DNA of 64,000 nucleotides from Dimorphilus gyrociliatus (GCA_904063045.1 CAJFCJ010000001.1:2914001-2978000); one strand, 5' to 3'; shown: positions 30,174 to 44,502, numbered from the stretch's first letter. Made by a program: numbers and translations. The notes: a model not told the origin generated them from the letters alone.

Positions 30174-31650
30174 TCATAAAGTTAACTTTAAGAATTCATC
30201 TTTTTTTCTATTATACTCCCCAAATCTTACGATAGAATATCTGCAAAATATCAAATAATTAATTATCTTTAGTTTACCAGATTGATATTAAAACTTACTC
30301 TAAGAAATCAAAATCAATTGAAGAATTTGCCGCTTGAATTAGAGCCCAAACACCCCAGAAAAAGTGAGATAATAAGGAAAACTTATTAACTTGAACATAA
30401 AGCTTTTCAACTTCTTTATTGTCCACATCTCCACCGTTTTTCTCTCGTAGAAATGTCTTGAGCCATTTCATTTGATATTCTTTATCCGGATATCTTGAAT
30501 AGTCTACTTCATTAACTCCGGCGTATTCGTTGAAGTGATTGGCTATATCAAATGCCTCGTAGTTGTAAAATCCGTATTCGTAATCGATAAAGTAAACTCT
30601 GTCTAAATAGAAAAGAGTGTGAGGAGGGGGGGAAGAGAAAATTGCACTTTTATCAGAGTTTTAATTACTTAACTAACTTTTTTCTTTATTATAAATAAGA
30701 TTTTGCAATAATAAATCGTTATGGCAAAAGCATACGGGAGAATCTAAATTCGACAATTCATTTTGCAACATTTCCATCTCATTTAAGAGAGTTTCTTTCG
30801 AGGCAATCTTTTCTTTCAACCTATCAAAGGAGGAGCTGTAATTTAGCTATTGATTTATTTTCCTTTTTCCTAATATTTAATAACTTGGAGAAAAAAAAAA
30901 AGATGATGGAAATAAAGGGGAAAAAGAGGGTAAAAGAGAAAACAAATTATAATAGGTGAAAATGTAAAGTACTTTTTAGTGCGTTCCTCTTCGGGAAATT
31001 TTTCTGGCATATTTTCAATAAACATTCTGGTCTTTGTCCAGATATAGGCTGATTTTTCCCCATCACACTCAACAGAATGAAATCTAATTATCTCCTTGCA
31101 AATACATCTAAAGTAAAGAAAATGGAATCGAACCTTCTTTAGAATGCTAAATAAGATCAATAGTTTTTTTTATATACCTATAAATTTCAGGATCTTTTAC
31201 AGTTTCTTCGTCCAAAGTGACGCCTTCAATAAATCCGTAAGCAATTCCATTATCAAAAGTAGCATATAGAGGTTTCGAACATCCAACTTTACACAACAAT
31301 TGAATATTTCGGCGTTCGACGCTTCTATCAATAATGACATCAGTATTAGCGCCATAAACTCTAACTAGGATACCATTCTCCCTCTCTCCACTCCAAATAA
31401 GTATAATCTTATTGGTAATACCCTCGGAAAATTCCTATTTTTTATAAATATATTTTAGTTCTATTTGTATTGTTTTTAGTTAATAGGACAAAATGAATGA
31501 CAAACTTTCGTTTGTATATCTTCATCTTTCCATTCTGGTTTTATCTTCTTCACAATTTTAATAGCATCCTCTTTGAGATTATCCTCCCTAACGAAGCCAT
31601 CAATTTTACCCATTAGGCCAAATTCATTGAAAGAACTACCTTTGTCCATG
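30174..31650 (-). CDS. ETNK: Ethanolamine kinase; multi-exon
   Basis: FSEGITNK, LVRVYGANT, YATFDNGIAYGF, Brenner motif FCHNDLL, FIDYEY..YNYEAFDIANHFNEYAG, HFFWGVWALIQA, EYSIVRFGEY. Confidence 0.93.
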
Positions 31651-32584
31651 TTTTAAATCAATCTGTTTGGACATTGATCATACTGATTAGTAGGTTGGTT
31701 AACAAAATAAATTGTACGTATATCTTTAATAGTCTTTTCAATATTTTAGGAATTGTACACTTCAAATCATATTAATAGAGCTTTCTCTTACTGTTTATCT
31801 CCATATTTTTATTATAAAAAGCATATATTTATTAATCTATTGTTATTTTATCCATTTGATTTACACCTTTCTTCTTCCCCCTCACCCTTACCCCACTGTC
31901 ACTCTTTCTCTATCTCTGCAAAACCTACTTGATATATATATATATATATATATACAAGTATATATGTTAATAAATTAGCAAAATTTAGACAACTAATGTT
32001 AGCTAGTAAAAGTTAGCTATTCAGCTGATATTTATTTTTTAAGTACAAGATATTAATCAATAAAATATCGCTGATGTTTCAACAGTTCTTATTAAATAAC
32101 ATCATTCAAATCGGTACTTGTTAGAATTTTTAGATGTGCAATTATTAATTGGACGAAAAAGATCTATTTCTTACTGACTTTAAAGGGAGTAAATTATAGT
32201 AAAAACTTGTTACTTTGTGAAATGAATTCCTATACCAGTTTTCGTTTTAGAGAAATTGCATACTTTTCGTAATTTGGCTCGGTCTTCCGCACATTTCAAT
32301 CGCTTATATTTCTTTAAAGAACTGGGGACGTACTTTATGAGTAGACGTTACCCTATTAATTAAATAGCAAGGACCTTTTTTTTATAACGTTATAATTACG
32401 ATTTCAATTATTAACGAACTTGATTAATTCGAGCTATAAGCATTACATCGAATCCTTGGTTTTATGTATTTTATTACAAGAGAATTTAATGAATGGATGG
32501 CGTAGAAAAAGTTAGTATAATATAATACTATTTTATCGCTCAAGTTGTGAATACCACGCCTCTTAAAAACAGATCTCGCCCGAA

Positions 32585-34950
32585 ATGTCGACTAAACATC
32601 GAAGAACCCTTAGTCTAGTCAAATACGCTGGAAGTCATGTTGCCGAAAGGAGTGTTAATCTTGTTAAAAAAGGAAGGCGAGCAATCGGTATCAAAGTCTT
32701 TCTATACTTATCCAATATAGTCCTTCTTGTGGCAATATTTGTCGGTTTATATGCAAGATGGCAACAAAACTCTGAAAATTTTATACTTTGGTTATCAATT
32801 TTGGGGATAATAGTTTTTCTATTGTCTGGTGCATTAATGCTTTATACGTCATATAATGAATTTGGTATGCATTTATCAAGATTATGGATGGGAGCTTTCC
32901 TAGGATTGCTAGCATTTACGCAGAAACCGAATATGTATGGGGAAATTACTCAGATGATGGATAGTCTTTTTATAACAAGGTAATAATTGATTAATAAGAC
33001 CAAAAATATCTTTTCTTTTAAAAATCAATATCTGCACACATATACACACGTTTATATTCACATAATATCCATCGATAAACTCCATGTTATTTACTATTTC
33101 AGCATCTGTTTGAAGGCTTTTGATAGTTTAATCAGAAGAGTTTTGGGTTATGCTAATAATGTGGTACTTTTATCAAAATTTGAATCTATCGAATTATTTG
33201 GACTTATGTGTTCTTCAACACTTTTTCATTCTCAATATCTTTCAATTGCTCTACTCTCGTTGGCGTTCATTGCTTCAATTATTGGTATTCGTTTGAAATC
33301 TTTCTCCTGTCTTGTTCAACTAGTTGCATTCCTAATAACTGCGAGATTGGAAATCTTTCCAAGATTATTTCAAATTCATCCCAACGTTCCTGCATTAGCA
33401 GCATTTGCTAGTAGATTTTGTTTCTCGGCTGCTTTTGATCTGTATTTCGGGGCTCAATCTCAATTGGAGAGATGGAAAAAGTTGTTAAGAACACCATCTA
33501 TAATAAGAAAATTGTCACTTATATTCCTTTTTATCATTCAAATAGCTTATCTTACTATTCATTCGTTGTTAATTAAGAATCATAAGGAATGGTTTATAGT
33601 TGTACCGTTATTCGGTGTATTTAGTGCTATATGGTGCGTTTTTCATCTAGCATTTATTGCCTGTTGTTGGACTATTTCGAATCGAATTACCCTCTGCAAT
33701 CAGTCCTATTATGAAGATAAAGAGTCATATAGTAATGTTTTAGCTAGTCGAGGCGTTCGTCATTTGGCGTTAACAGCTAGCCGTCTGGTAAAGGCAGCTG
33801 TCTTTCTTACTTTTCTTATAACAATTATATCATGGAGAACAAAAACCGCCCTCAGCCTATCATTAGCTTGTTTTCTTCTTCCTCTTGAGCTAGCTATTTG
33901 TAGTCTTGTTGGATCTTTTGGATCTAAATTGGGTGGAACTTGTATTGGTTATGCTCTTGTAGCACCCGCTGTTAATGTTCGTCCTGATCTAAGTCCAACT
34001 TTGCTACCATCTAGCCACGTTGCGGATGTAAGTGGCAGAGCAACCACTATACTAAATGTTATACAGCAGTTTTTTGTTAGTCATCTAATTGATAATGCCG
34101 GTTGTGATTATACATCTTCAGGCGTTACCCTTTCGGACGTAAAAACTAAATTATGCTCACTATTCTCAAAACGAACCTCGGATGGTCCAAGATACGATAC
34201 CTATATTGTCTATTATTCAGGTCACACTCATCAAAATGGGGATTGGGCTTTAGCGGATAATGATATTTTGAAGTTTGATTTTATATTGCAGTGGTGGAAA
34301 GAGCAGGTTATTATTATTATAAGCAACCTATATACTGTATATATACATATACCTTTTGTTCTCTTACTATTATATAATGAATATGTAAATTACTTTAGAG
34401 TTATAAAGCATTCATTAATCAAAGCGTCTTTTAATAAGTTGTTTATCTTTTTTCGTTTCTTTCGTAGGGAGACAGTGGCTCAAGATTACTTATAATTGTT
34501 GACGCTGATAAGGCTTACAATTGGTCGAAGGTTGTTCGTAGAGCCGACGAATTCGTTGCTTTACAAACTTGGCAATGGAGGAAGGGTGCTGACCTGGAAA
34601 ATTCAGCTATAGGTTGCTTTACGCACGACTGGGTTACTTTCAATTCGGAAACTGATAATGATATTGACTGGCTCCAGCGACCGTATAGATGTATCTATTC
34701 AGTTTCTTCAGATTGGCCGGATTTTCAACTTCAAACACCAAGCGGTCAAGATGTATTAGATCATTGGGGAGCTTGCGTACCCAAAATGAGCCGACCACTC
34801 CTTAAATTTGTATCAACTCCAAACTCGAATTGTTTTGCTATATTTACACCTTGCGAATGCGTTATAAAATGTCTAAGAAAGTTGAGAATGGCTTGGGTAC
34901 CGCCAAGACATATCGATACATCGCATGGGTTCAAGTTATTTAGGACTTGA
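32585..34950 (+). CDS. TMEM168: Transmembrane protein 168; multi-exon
   Basis: Polytopic N-terminal half; HKEWFIVVP, ASRGVRH, GGTCIGYALVAP, YDTYIVYYSGHTH..GDWAL; C-terminal IDTSHGFKL. Confidence 0.88.
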
Positions 34951-35235
34951 ACGCATTGTTTCCTATTTTTTTTTGTTTTCTGTTTATGGATATTCATACT
35001 GTGTGTTTTTTTTTCTTTTTTTATATAAAAAATTTCGAGTATCTTGAAGAAGTTGAAAAAAGAAATAGTTTCAAATTTAAGCCTATAAATTTATAAATCA
35101 TTCAGTTCACTCGTGAATACTCAAATTTTTATCTCTCTCTCTTTTTTTTCTATTTTTATCGAATAATGTTATTCTTTATTGATAAAAGGGAATTTTTTTA
35201 TATATATTTAATTATTTTAGGCCTTCGCTGTGAGA

Positions 35236-35526
35236 TTAATTATCGAAAAATTGATCTCGTACTTGCTGATCGGATAAATGAGTATCAGAGAAGCTAGTAT
35301 CGTACGCTTTAAGATCTTCTTTTGTCTTTTCCCAAGCGTTACATTCATCTTTTAGCCTTTTAATGACTTTTAAACATAAAATACTCATTAATAACACTAG
35401 AAGGCACATTAAGAAAATAATTGTCACTAATATTAAAACGCTATACGTATATTCGTCATTCTCCTTAAATAGAGACGAATCGTTTCTAAACTGTTTATTT
35501 TTTATAATAGAAGATGAAAAGTTCAT
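35236..35526 (-). CDS. Orphan single-pass membrane microprotein (~96 aa)
   Basis: The first ATG at 35526 gives a short N-terminus with NFS/NDS sequons, a ~25-aa hydrophobic helix YSVLILVTIIFLMCLLVLLMSILCL and a basic stop-transfer KVIKRLK. Confidence 0.5.
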   Translation of the reverse strand: MNFSSSIIKNKQFRNDSSLFKENDEYTYSVLILVTIIFLMCLLVLLMSILCLKVIKRLKDECNAWEKTKEDLKAYDTSFSDTHLSDQQVRDQFFDN

Positions 35527-36562
35527 GTTATTCAACAGTCTAAATCTAAAAAAGCATTATCTTCTTCGTATTTATGGAATTTTTTTCATCTGGAAGCAAA
35601 AATAATCTACGAAAACATTAAAATGAAAATTTCAAATTGAATTGATGATCCAAAACGAAGATATATACATACTGTATATGAATTTATTGGTTTTTAAATC
35701 ATCCTATTCCCTTTATACTTTGTATTGTTTATCTAGAGAAGAAAGAGAAGAAGAAGAAGAAGAGAGACAAATGAAATGTATAACCCTTTTGCGTAATTAA
35801 TTAAAATATGTCTAAAACATGATAATTATCTTATTTGCATATCTAATTTAAATTAGAATGATAGACATATCAGTTAAAAAGTTTGTCAATATTACGTAAT
35901 TTTTACTTTAATTAACGGCTGATAACACAACAATTATATAATATTCAATAAAATGTGAATATTTTAGAGATAAGTTTCACTATGTATTAGTGTATAGGAT
36001 ATTGTACTATACTTAAACACAGTATATATCGTCTCTGAGTTTGAAAGTTTGTCAAAAAGCCAGACTGGTGACAACACGAACCTAATCAACTATTTAAATT
36101 TAGGTTACCAGTTTCTATTCAAAGGTATAAATTAAAACGTAAAGTTTATGCGTAATTTCTCGCTATATATAAGGACTTTATCTTATTTTTTTAAAAAAAA
36201 GAACAAAAAAGCTATTCAGGTACTTTTACACCTGAAACTATGAACTATCGTTTAAAAGTCGTACAATAATTGATTGACCGATACGGCATATTTCTCAAGG
36301 ACTTTTGTTTTAATACCTCTCTTTGTGTTAGATATATAATTTATTCGTTTTACCTTTGAACATCATTCAATGAGCGGTCTGTGACCATAAAAGATGACAT
36401 TATCTGATTAATTCCAAATTATCTTGTATCATTAAGACACCTAGCGTCTAAAGAGGCTTATTTAAGGGAATTATCAATGTTAATTGGTTAATTTTTTATT
36501 TACATTTGTGTTGTTTGTTAAATTTTTACAAGTATTGTTTTTGAACTGGAATTTAGATTCGA

Positions 36563-38007
36563 ATGAAGGAGACTACTGGACTATTGTCAACGGAGGAGAA
36601 TACTTATGAGAGTAACCCGGAAAAAGAGCCTATAACTAAAAAAGAGGCTTATAAGGCTCTTCTCGCTGTTTCTTTTTCTTTTATGCTCGTTTTTACTGCT
36701 ACAATATCAGTATTCGCATTACAAAGCAGTATAAATGAGATAGCTGATTTGGGAGTTATAGGTTTAACTACGAATGGAGTTGGTATTATAGTTTCTTGCC
36801 TTTACGCTCCTATTTTTGTTAAAAAGTTTGGATGTAAGAGATCACTACTAATAAGTTTAACTTGCCAAACTGGAATAGTTTTGGCTCAGTTCTATCCTAG
36901 AATATATACTCTTGTACCCGGAAATATTATTTCTGGATTTCTCTACGGACCCATGTGGACTTCTCAATCAGTTTATATTACAATGATTGCGATTCGTTAT
37001 GCAAATACTTATAAGCTAGATAAAGGCGAGATTATTAATCATTTTAATGGGATATTTTGGGGAATTTGTCTAACAATGAAATTATGGGGGAATTTGATTT
37101 CCGGTTTTATATTGAAACCATCTGGAGAGAACATGTTGAATGTTACAGAGTGCGGAAAAAATTATTGCCCTTATAGTGTTCCAGAAGAAGTTTTAAGGCC
37201 TAAGAAGCCATCTCCATTTCAAATATATACAATTATGTCAATATTTTTGGTTTTTGATATTTTAGCTATTTGCACAACTGCAATATTCCTTAAAAAACAA
37301 CAATTAACTGTTAAGTTACGAGCAACGTCATTTAAATCTTCTGTATTATCAACTTTAAAGGCTCATAAGAATCTTCTATTCATTCTAATTATACCAGCAA
37401 CTATCTTTACAGCCTTTGAACAGGCTTTTATGACTGTTGAATATGCTCAGGTAAGCCTCTTTTATTCTAATTTATTCAATAGCATATTAATAACTTTTTT
37501 CTCATACAGTCTTTCGTTAATTGTGCAATAGGCCTATCTTACGTTGGATGGTTTAACGTTATATTAGGTATCGGTAGTTCGATATCATCATTCCTTCTGC
37601 CTAAGGTAGTTAAAAGAGTTGGCCAATTAACAATAATATTTATAGCATTCTTCATGAATATGGGATTATTAGTATTTTTATATCTTTGGAAACCTGGACC
37701 AAATTCGAAAGCATTACTGTTAACATTTCCAGCGTTATGGGCTATAACAGATTCTGCTTGGCAAAATACTCTACCATCTTACCTAGGTCTACATTTCTCT
37801 CATAATCAAGAATCAATATTCGCTGCATATAGATTATGGCAAGGGGCCGGTTATATGTCCAACAACGGTTACAGCCCCTTCTTATGTATGAGCCAAAAGA
37901 TAATTATATTAATGTCTGTATTAGTATTAGCTCTTATAGCTTTTACAACTTCAAAGATGGTTATTAGATTTAGGTTAAAGAAGATGATAAGATACAACGA
38001 CTTGTAG
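36563..38007 (+). CDS. UNC-93-like MFS membrane protein (UNC93A-like); intron 37451-37509
   Basis: SFMLVFTA..ALQSSIN, LYAPIFVKKFGCK, YGPMWTSQSVYIT, HFNGIFWG..LWGNLIS, SFVNCAIG, ALWAITDSAW, FAAYRLWQGAGY. Confidence 0.88.
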
Positions 38008-38254
38008 AAGAAGTGTACAGTAAGAGATACTGTACTTTTTTTGATCTCCTCTCTCTTCTCCTGTCTCTTTTTATCTCTCTAGGTTTTTTTCTATCTGTTA
38101 CTGTAATTTCTTTATCTTTTCTCTCCTTTGGATTATTTTTTACATCATCTATTAAAAAGCAAAGAAAAAGTACTCATACTGTATATTGATAAATCTGTTC
38201 ATACTTGAATATATGTACAATATATGAACATGCTATTCATATGTTACAACATAG

Positions 38255-38297
<43 letters not shown>

Positions 38298-38438
38298 CTA
38301 GGTATATTTTGTTGTTTTTGTATTATTTTATTAATATATTAGATATTCTTTTTTTTTTATAAAAAACAACTAATCAATAAAATTAGAAATATCATCAGAA
38401 AAAGTCTATCACTCCTTCCTCTCCTCTTTTTAAATATA

Positions 38439-40886
38439 CTAATTAATTCGTATCTTTTCTTCAAAGATTGCCAGTATCAACATTAGTCCAATACCAATTA
38501 AACTTCCGCCATTTGCCACCAAGAATTTTTTTATATTTTCTCTTCCTTTTAAACGATCTAATAATTCGGGCAAAATATCAACAGCAGCGACGTAGATAAA
38601 CATTCCTGCGGTTATCGCAAATATCCAGTTTCTAGTTTCATCTGTACTCGATACTGCAACTCCTATATAGAGTCCTATGAAAGCTGTACATGCTGACAGA
38701 AAATTCAAAAGGGCAGCTCTCTTCACCGACCAACCGGCATCAAACATAATAGCCATATCTCCTATTTCATGGGGTACCTCGTGCAATAGAACGGCTAGAG
38801 ATGTTGAAATTCCAGATTTCCAACCAACAGAAAAAGCGGCTCCAATCGCTAAACCATCTGCAAAATTATGAACTCCGTCGCCAATGGTAGCCATCCATGC
38901 GACGCTTCTATGTATTTTTGGTTTCTCTTCTTCAATGCTCTCTACCTTTTCGAGAGGTTTCTCGTTGAGATTTTCCGGATCAATAACTGGTTGGACGGTG
39001 GAAGAATCTTGAAGTCTTTCACTAAAATAATGTAGTATATACTGAAGAGCAAAGAATGCCCAGAGGCTAGCTAATGTGCTGAGCATTTTCCAGACGAATG
39101 GTTCCACTTTAATTCCGCTGGAAGTTTCACCTTCGTGTTCATGTTGTACAGTAAAGAAATTTTTATACTCAATGTTATTTCTATGCGAAAGTGATAATGG
39201 ATGGGTATGATTATCACTTCCAGAGTGATTGTGACCGTGGTCGTGATCATGATCATGATTATCATGATTATGTAGACCTAGTGAATGAGGTATCAGATGC
39301 AAGAAAGTATCTCCTAACAAAGCACCAGCAGCAAGACCCAGGGCTGCAGCCATCACGAAGTCGTAGGCCTTAGAACCCTTTAATTTAAATATGAATATAC
39401 CAATCAGGCAAGAAATACTGATGATAAAGACGGCAATTGTACCATATCCGTATTCTATTGGAGAAAAATAATAGTAGGTTAGAATGAAAAGCACTTAACT
39501 TGAACACCCTTTGTAAAAGGGTTAAAGAAAAAGAAACTACGAAATATTAGAGAGTAGCTCCATCTTATGGCATAATTTTTATATCTCCTCTGGATTGATT
39601 ATAAATGCCATGTAATACATTCATGATTCAAGTGTCTTATCAACAGTTGAATAAAGCTATATAATAGTTCAAGTAGTTGTTAAATCTTTATTAAAAATTA
39701 TATTTATCTTATCAGGATTCATGTAGGAAAAGTGTACTATTTCGATAAGACAATTAAAATTAGCCTTGAAATAAATTGTGAAATAATATAATTATCTCTA
39801 ATGATAATGAGACTGTTTGAACTAATTTTTATAATTGATAAGAATGTCATTATATGTTAGGAAACTAAAGAAGTAAATATAATTTTTGTTTAGTTTCGTG
39901 TGCAAATTTTAATAATATATATATATAGATGTACTTACGTTTTGCTTTAGTATAACTGTTATTGGTTTCTGGTGGATGACTATGAAGAGGTTCAACTAGA
40001 AAGCAGCTATCTGAAAAATATGAAAAATTAATAAAGGAAATATGATCAATTGCGAACTATATACCTTTTAGATAGTTAATTATAATTGAACTCGTCAATT
40101 CAGCTAATTCGTAGTGTTTTGATACAGTTCTTAAAGGATTTTGTAAAGTTGCTACATCGTAGAAAATAGTTGTGTCAACAATCTATAGAATTGTTAAATG
40201 GTAATAAGAGAGAGAGAGAGAGAGAGAAGGAAAGAAAGGAAGACTTACTTCTTGGCAATTTTTAAAGAAATAGTCGTTGTTCTCTTGAATAATTTGCAGG
40301 TTTATCTTTTTACTTAATTCATTTAATAATTTATTTAAATTATTGAATGAAAAATATTGATTATTTTGTATAAAAGATAAAATATAAGTTGAATATATCG
40401 AATGATGAATATCATTTGGACATTGTCCACTCTTTATGATTGACAAGGCTATTAAATTTGCTTGATTAAATTCTTTTTCGTTCAGATTTGCAGATTGATT
40501 CTTTTCAAGAATTCTATATATATTTTCAGTTGTAAGACACTGTAAGTATAATATATAGAAAATATACTTATGAATTATTTTAATATAATTCAATATATTT
40601 CTAAATTAACCTCTTTACAGCTAGTACACTCTGATTTATCGAGCAATTTTTCAAGCCAAACTTCAAGGGTATCTTTACCTATTTCATTAGTTTTTGGCTG
40701 ATAATCGCTGTCAAAAAGTTCTAATGTCTCGTCTAAACTAGACAAATAAGTTTGATGGGTTTTATTGTACAATATCAATGAAATTAATAAGAACGTTGAA
40801 AGTTTGAAACTGTTGAAAACAAATATTAGAATAGTTGAAAATTTTTTCTTTTTAAGAATAAAAGAAACTTACAAATATGTTGCCAT
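38439..40886 (-). CDS. SLC39A: LIV-1 subfamily ZIP zinc transporter (ZIP4/ZIP12-like) with signal peptide and ectodomain; first coding exon 40886-40873
   Basis: Spliced start MATYFFKLSTFLLISLIL; LAAGALLGDTFLHLIPH, His-rich loop, GDGVHNFADG and HEVPHEIGD (HEXPHEXGD). Confidence 0.9.
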
Positions 40887-41763
40887 GGCTGTTGAAACTT
40901 TTCAATTTTTACCAAAATATGCAATGTGAATCAGTACGTGAGTTGCAGCTTTTATATTTGAAGGCGATAACCTAGTATCATGTGATATTTCTGCACTCTG
41001 CTCTAAAAAATGTGATAAAGTTTTGAAAACCACTTGAAATTTCCAAATATAATATAATTCTATGAGCACTGTATACAAAGTACAATTGTTCTAATTGACA
41101 GAACCTAAAGTAGTTAAGATAACATACTCTAAATATTTTCAACCTTTTTCCTTGGTTGATAGAAATTAACTATTTTCAACATTTTCCTTTTAATAAAATA
41201 ATAATAAGGATAATTTATTTTTCGTGTGCAAATCTTATCGTCACAATTCATCAGAACTAGGTTACAAAATTACAATGAAAACATGAAAAGAATAATCAGT
41301 CTATAATAATTATTTATGTATACCTCATGAATGAGCGAATAAGGGAAAGACAGAGGATGATACTATAATAGAAAGTTACAAAGCAAAAAAAAACTAGAAA
41401 TATTATCAATGACAGACGACAAAATTTGACATTTTTGTAACTTTTGTTAGAACAAAGAAAGAGATTAATTCTGATAATGATAATAATAAATATCAATCTT
41501 TCTAAAAAGTCTAAAGGTTCCGATAAAAGTGAATTTTATTAATTTTTCATAAATTCATTTTATTTTATAAAATTCTAAATTTTTCTTTGGTCTTTTTAAT
41601 AGAAAACAATAACTAAAATATTCTTTTTCTAAATAAAACAAAAAATTAACTGGGAAACTTTGAGAAAAATTGTGTTATTTTTTATTTTGTAAGAGATTTT
41701 AGTTAATTTTTTCAGTCAATTTTTTAAGTAAATATATATATATATATATAAATTCATACATAC

Positions 41764-41798
<35 letters not shown>

Positions 41799-42548
41799 GC
41801 TATTTTAAAAATGCGTACACGAAAACCCGAACAATTAATTCAATTTTGTTTTGAACAGAATGTTAATAATTTTGAACAAAAATTAAAGTATATATGTATA
41901 TATGTACATATATAGTGTATCAGAGAATAAGAAATGCAGAATTTTACTTGTTAAAGTTTCGATTTCTGAAAATCTTCAGCCAATTTCTTTTAAATTCTGA
42001 AAATGATTGATTTTTTTTCTTTTCCATAAGCACACAGACATACGCACATATATACATACACACATATACATATATATATATATATATATGTATCTATATA
42101 TATATATATATATATTGTACAGTTGTTAAAATACTTTTCTCATTCAAAAATTATTTTGTTCAAACAACACTATCAATGGCGTACCAGATCTTGTCTTAAA
42201 AAAATATATGCCACGATTTTATCACTTCTTATCCGTCTAACCCAAATTTTTCCTATGTTTGGTGAAAAGAGGCGTAGTGATTGTGTTGAAAAAAAAAATT
42301 ATTTCCTTTCTCTCATTCTTGTCTAGTTCATTTGTTTGTTTTTTTTGAACTTGAATGGAAGAAAAACATATAATGAACAAAGTTCGATCCAAAAAAATAT
42401 AAATACTTCTTTTTCTGTTTAATAGATAAAAAAAAACATTTATGTTCAGAGAACGTGAAAAAAAGAATCCTCGTTTCTCGCGATTCGTGTACACTCCATT
42501 CGACTTATTCCGCTTTTTTTTATCATTTTATACACCAAAACCATATTT

Positions 42549-43175
42549 CTACTGCTTTCTTCTATCTTCTGTTAACGTCCGTAATAGGATATAGGACAAG
42601 AGAATTTTCATAAAATTTGGACGATAGTGTACCGGATGTTTGTCTTTTAATCTTGTTTTACTATCGCTTTCACGGTATCTTGACAATATAGGCGTCTCTG
42701 ATCCGTGTATTCGAATTTTGTTATAGTATTTCTATTGCGTATTAACATAGAGAAAGAGGGTATATATATATATATACATATATATATATACATACATATA
42801 TATATATATATATTTATATAATTGCTATATATAGATATATATATATATATATATGTATAAGTTGTTTCTCCATCCGTTTAAACGATCTGTATAAAGATAA
42901 TAGTTATAAACGTTTCGTTTTTCAACAAATAATATATTTACCATTCAATCAGAGTTGCTTTTTAAGTGCCTTGATTTTCTTTCTTTCTTTCCTCCTCCCC
43001 CCCTCCCCCTCTTTCCATTTACGCCTTTCAAGGCAATTAATAGGCTCGTAATCTAGATAAATAGTTAAAAAATTAATTAATATAAACAATTTATGTTAAT
43101 TAATTATTTACAAAAAAAAACTGTAATAAATACCGAATCATCGTTGGGTAGGCGACTGCTTTCAATGGGCGCCAT
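42549..43175 (-). CDS. Possible two-exon orphan microprotein (74 aa): 43175-43134 plus 42731-42549
   Basis: AAAATGGCG start, phase-0 donor and acceptor, a 60-codon open second exon, CpG-richer than its surroundings. No recognised homology. Confidence 0.28.
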
Positions 43176-43647
43176 TTTAATCGAGCCACGTCCTTTTACG
43201 ACTGTTACCAAAATCATTTTTATGATTTATACTCCATTCCGTCGACGTTGGCTTCGACTAAAGGCACTCCTCCTATAAACGACTAATATTATATTCATGT
43301 TTTACACATTAAGTCTTGTTAAATCAAGATAAACAATTAAAAAAAACGATTATTTCGTACCGAGAGACAATTCTAGATCGTAATTTTGTTCTCCCTGTCG
43401 CCTACTAATTCTTGTCTAACCAATCAGATATTAGCAAACTACCAGGGGCATTTGTATCGACGATTCGTATTGGCCATTTAATAGGCCTATAAGTATATAA
43501 AATTGCATATACGTATATATATATATATACATATAAACACAGCTTAAAGTGCATAATAAAGCTCAATATTTATTTATATATATAGAAATTACCTTGGCAG
43601 ATTAGTTACATGTTTTTTATTTTATTCTCATAGGCCTATAAATATAT

Positions 43648-44181
43648 TTACTCACTTAAAAATGTCTTAGTTAAACTATTATCAGTATTATTACTATTAT
43701 CAGACAAATTAGATTTACCAAATGTATGAAAAGTTGGATAATTAAACAACGTAGACGGTGTTTTAGGCGTATTTAGTATTGGTGATGATTTTCTCATTTT
43801 AGATAGCGTTGGAGATGATGATGCTGATGCTGAGGGTGACGATGACGGTGATAGTGCTTCAACGCTTGATTCTTTATCATCCATACAAAATTCATTATGA
43901 ATTTCATAGAGTGAAGTTAGAGTTGAATATATTGAATTATTTAGCTGAATTCTTCTATTTTTCAAATATATAACACCTGCCGTAATTACCCCAAGAACTA
44001 TTGCCATACCACATACAATTATACCAGTTATTATATTATTATAACGCTCAGATTCGTCCAATGAGCTAACAAGTTTTCCTGTTTAAATGGTAAATATTTA
44101 TAATAATAAGCGTCTCTCTCACTATCTCTATTCTATATTGAACGGATATATACCAGCTATGAACTTTTTGTCAATTTCCAT
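43648..44181 (-). CDS. Orphan type III single-pass membrane protein (~152 aa); exons 44181-44154 and 44078-43648
   Basis: A phase-1 splice gives MEIDKKFIAGKLVSSLDES..; TM IITGIIVCGMAIVLGVITAGVIYL followed by KNRR and a Ser/Pro-rich tail. Confidence 0.6.
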
Positions 44182-44502
44182 TTATAAATAGAAAGATATA
44201 AGCATGTAGACCTATAATTAGAATATATAAGTATATATATATATATATATATAATTTATAGCTTTAACAAAAACACTCTAAAAAGAATAAGAGTAAAATT
44301 TAGCACTGAAAAGAACAAATAGTTAGTAGAGTGCGCCATCTAGATTGAATTTGTTTTTATGTGTTTTTGAGTAATTTTTTTGGAATAGCTCTATATTTTG
44401 GACAAGTTTTTTAAGAGGAATAGAAGATTTACTTAAATAGTAAACATATATAGATATGTATATATATATTTAGTTTTTATTAATCAATTAATCAGAACAG
44501 AT

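Noticed and set aside
40880-40893. GTTGCCATGGCTGT X-box-like sequence
   Set aside because: It is the Kozak/ATG context (GCCATGG) of the ZIP gene start.
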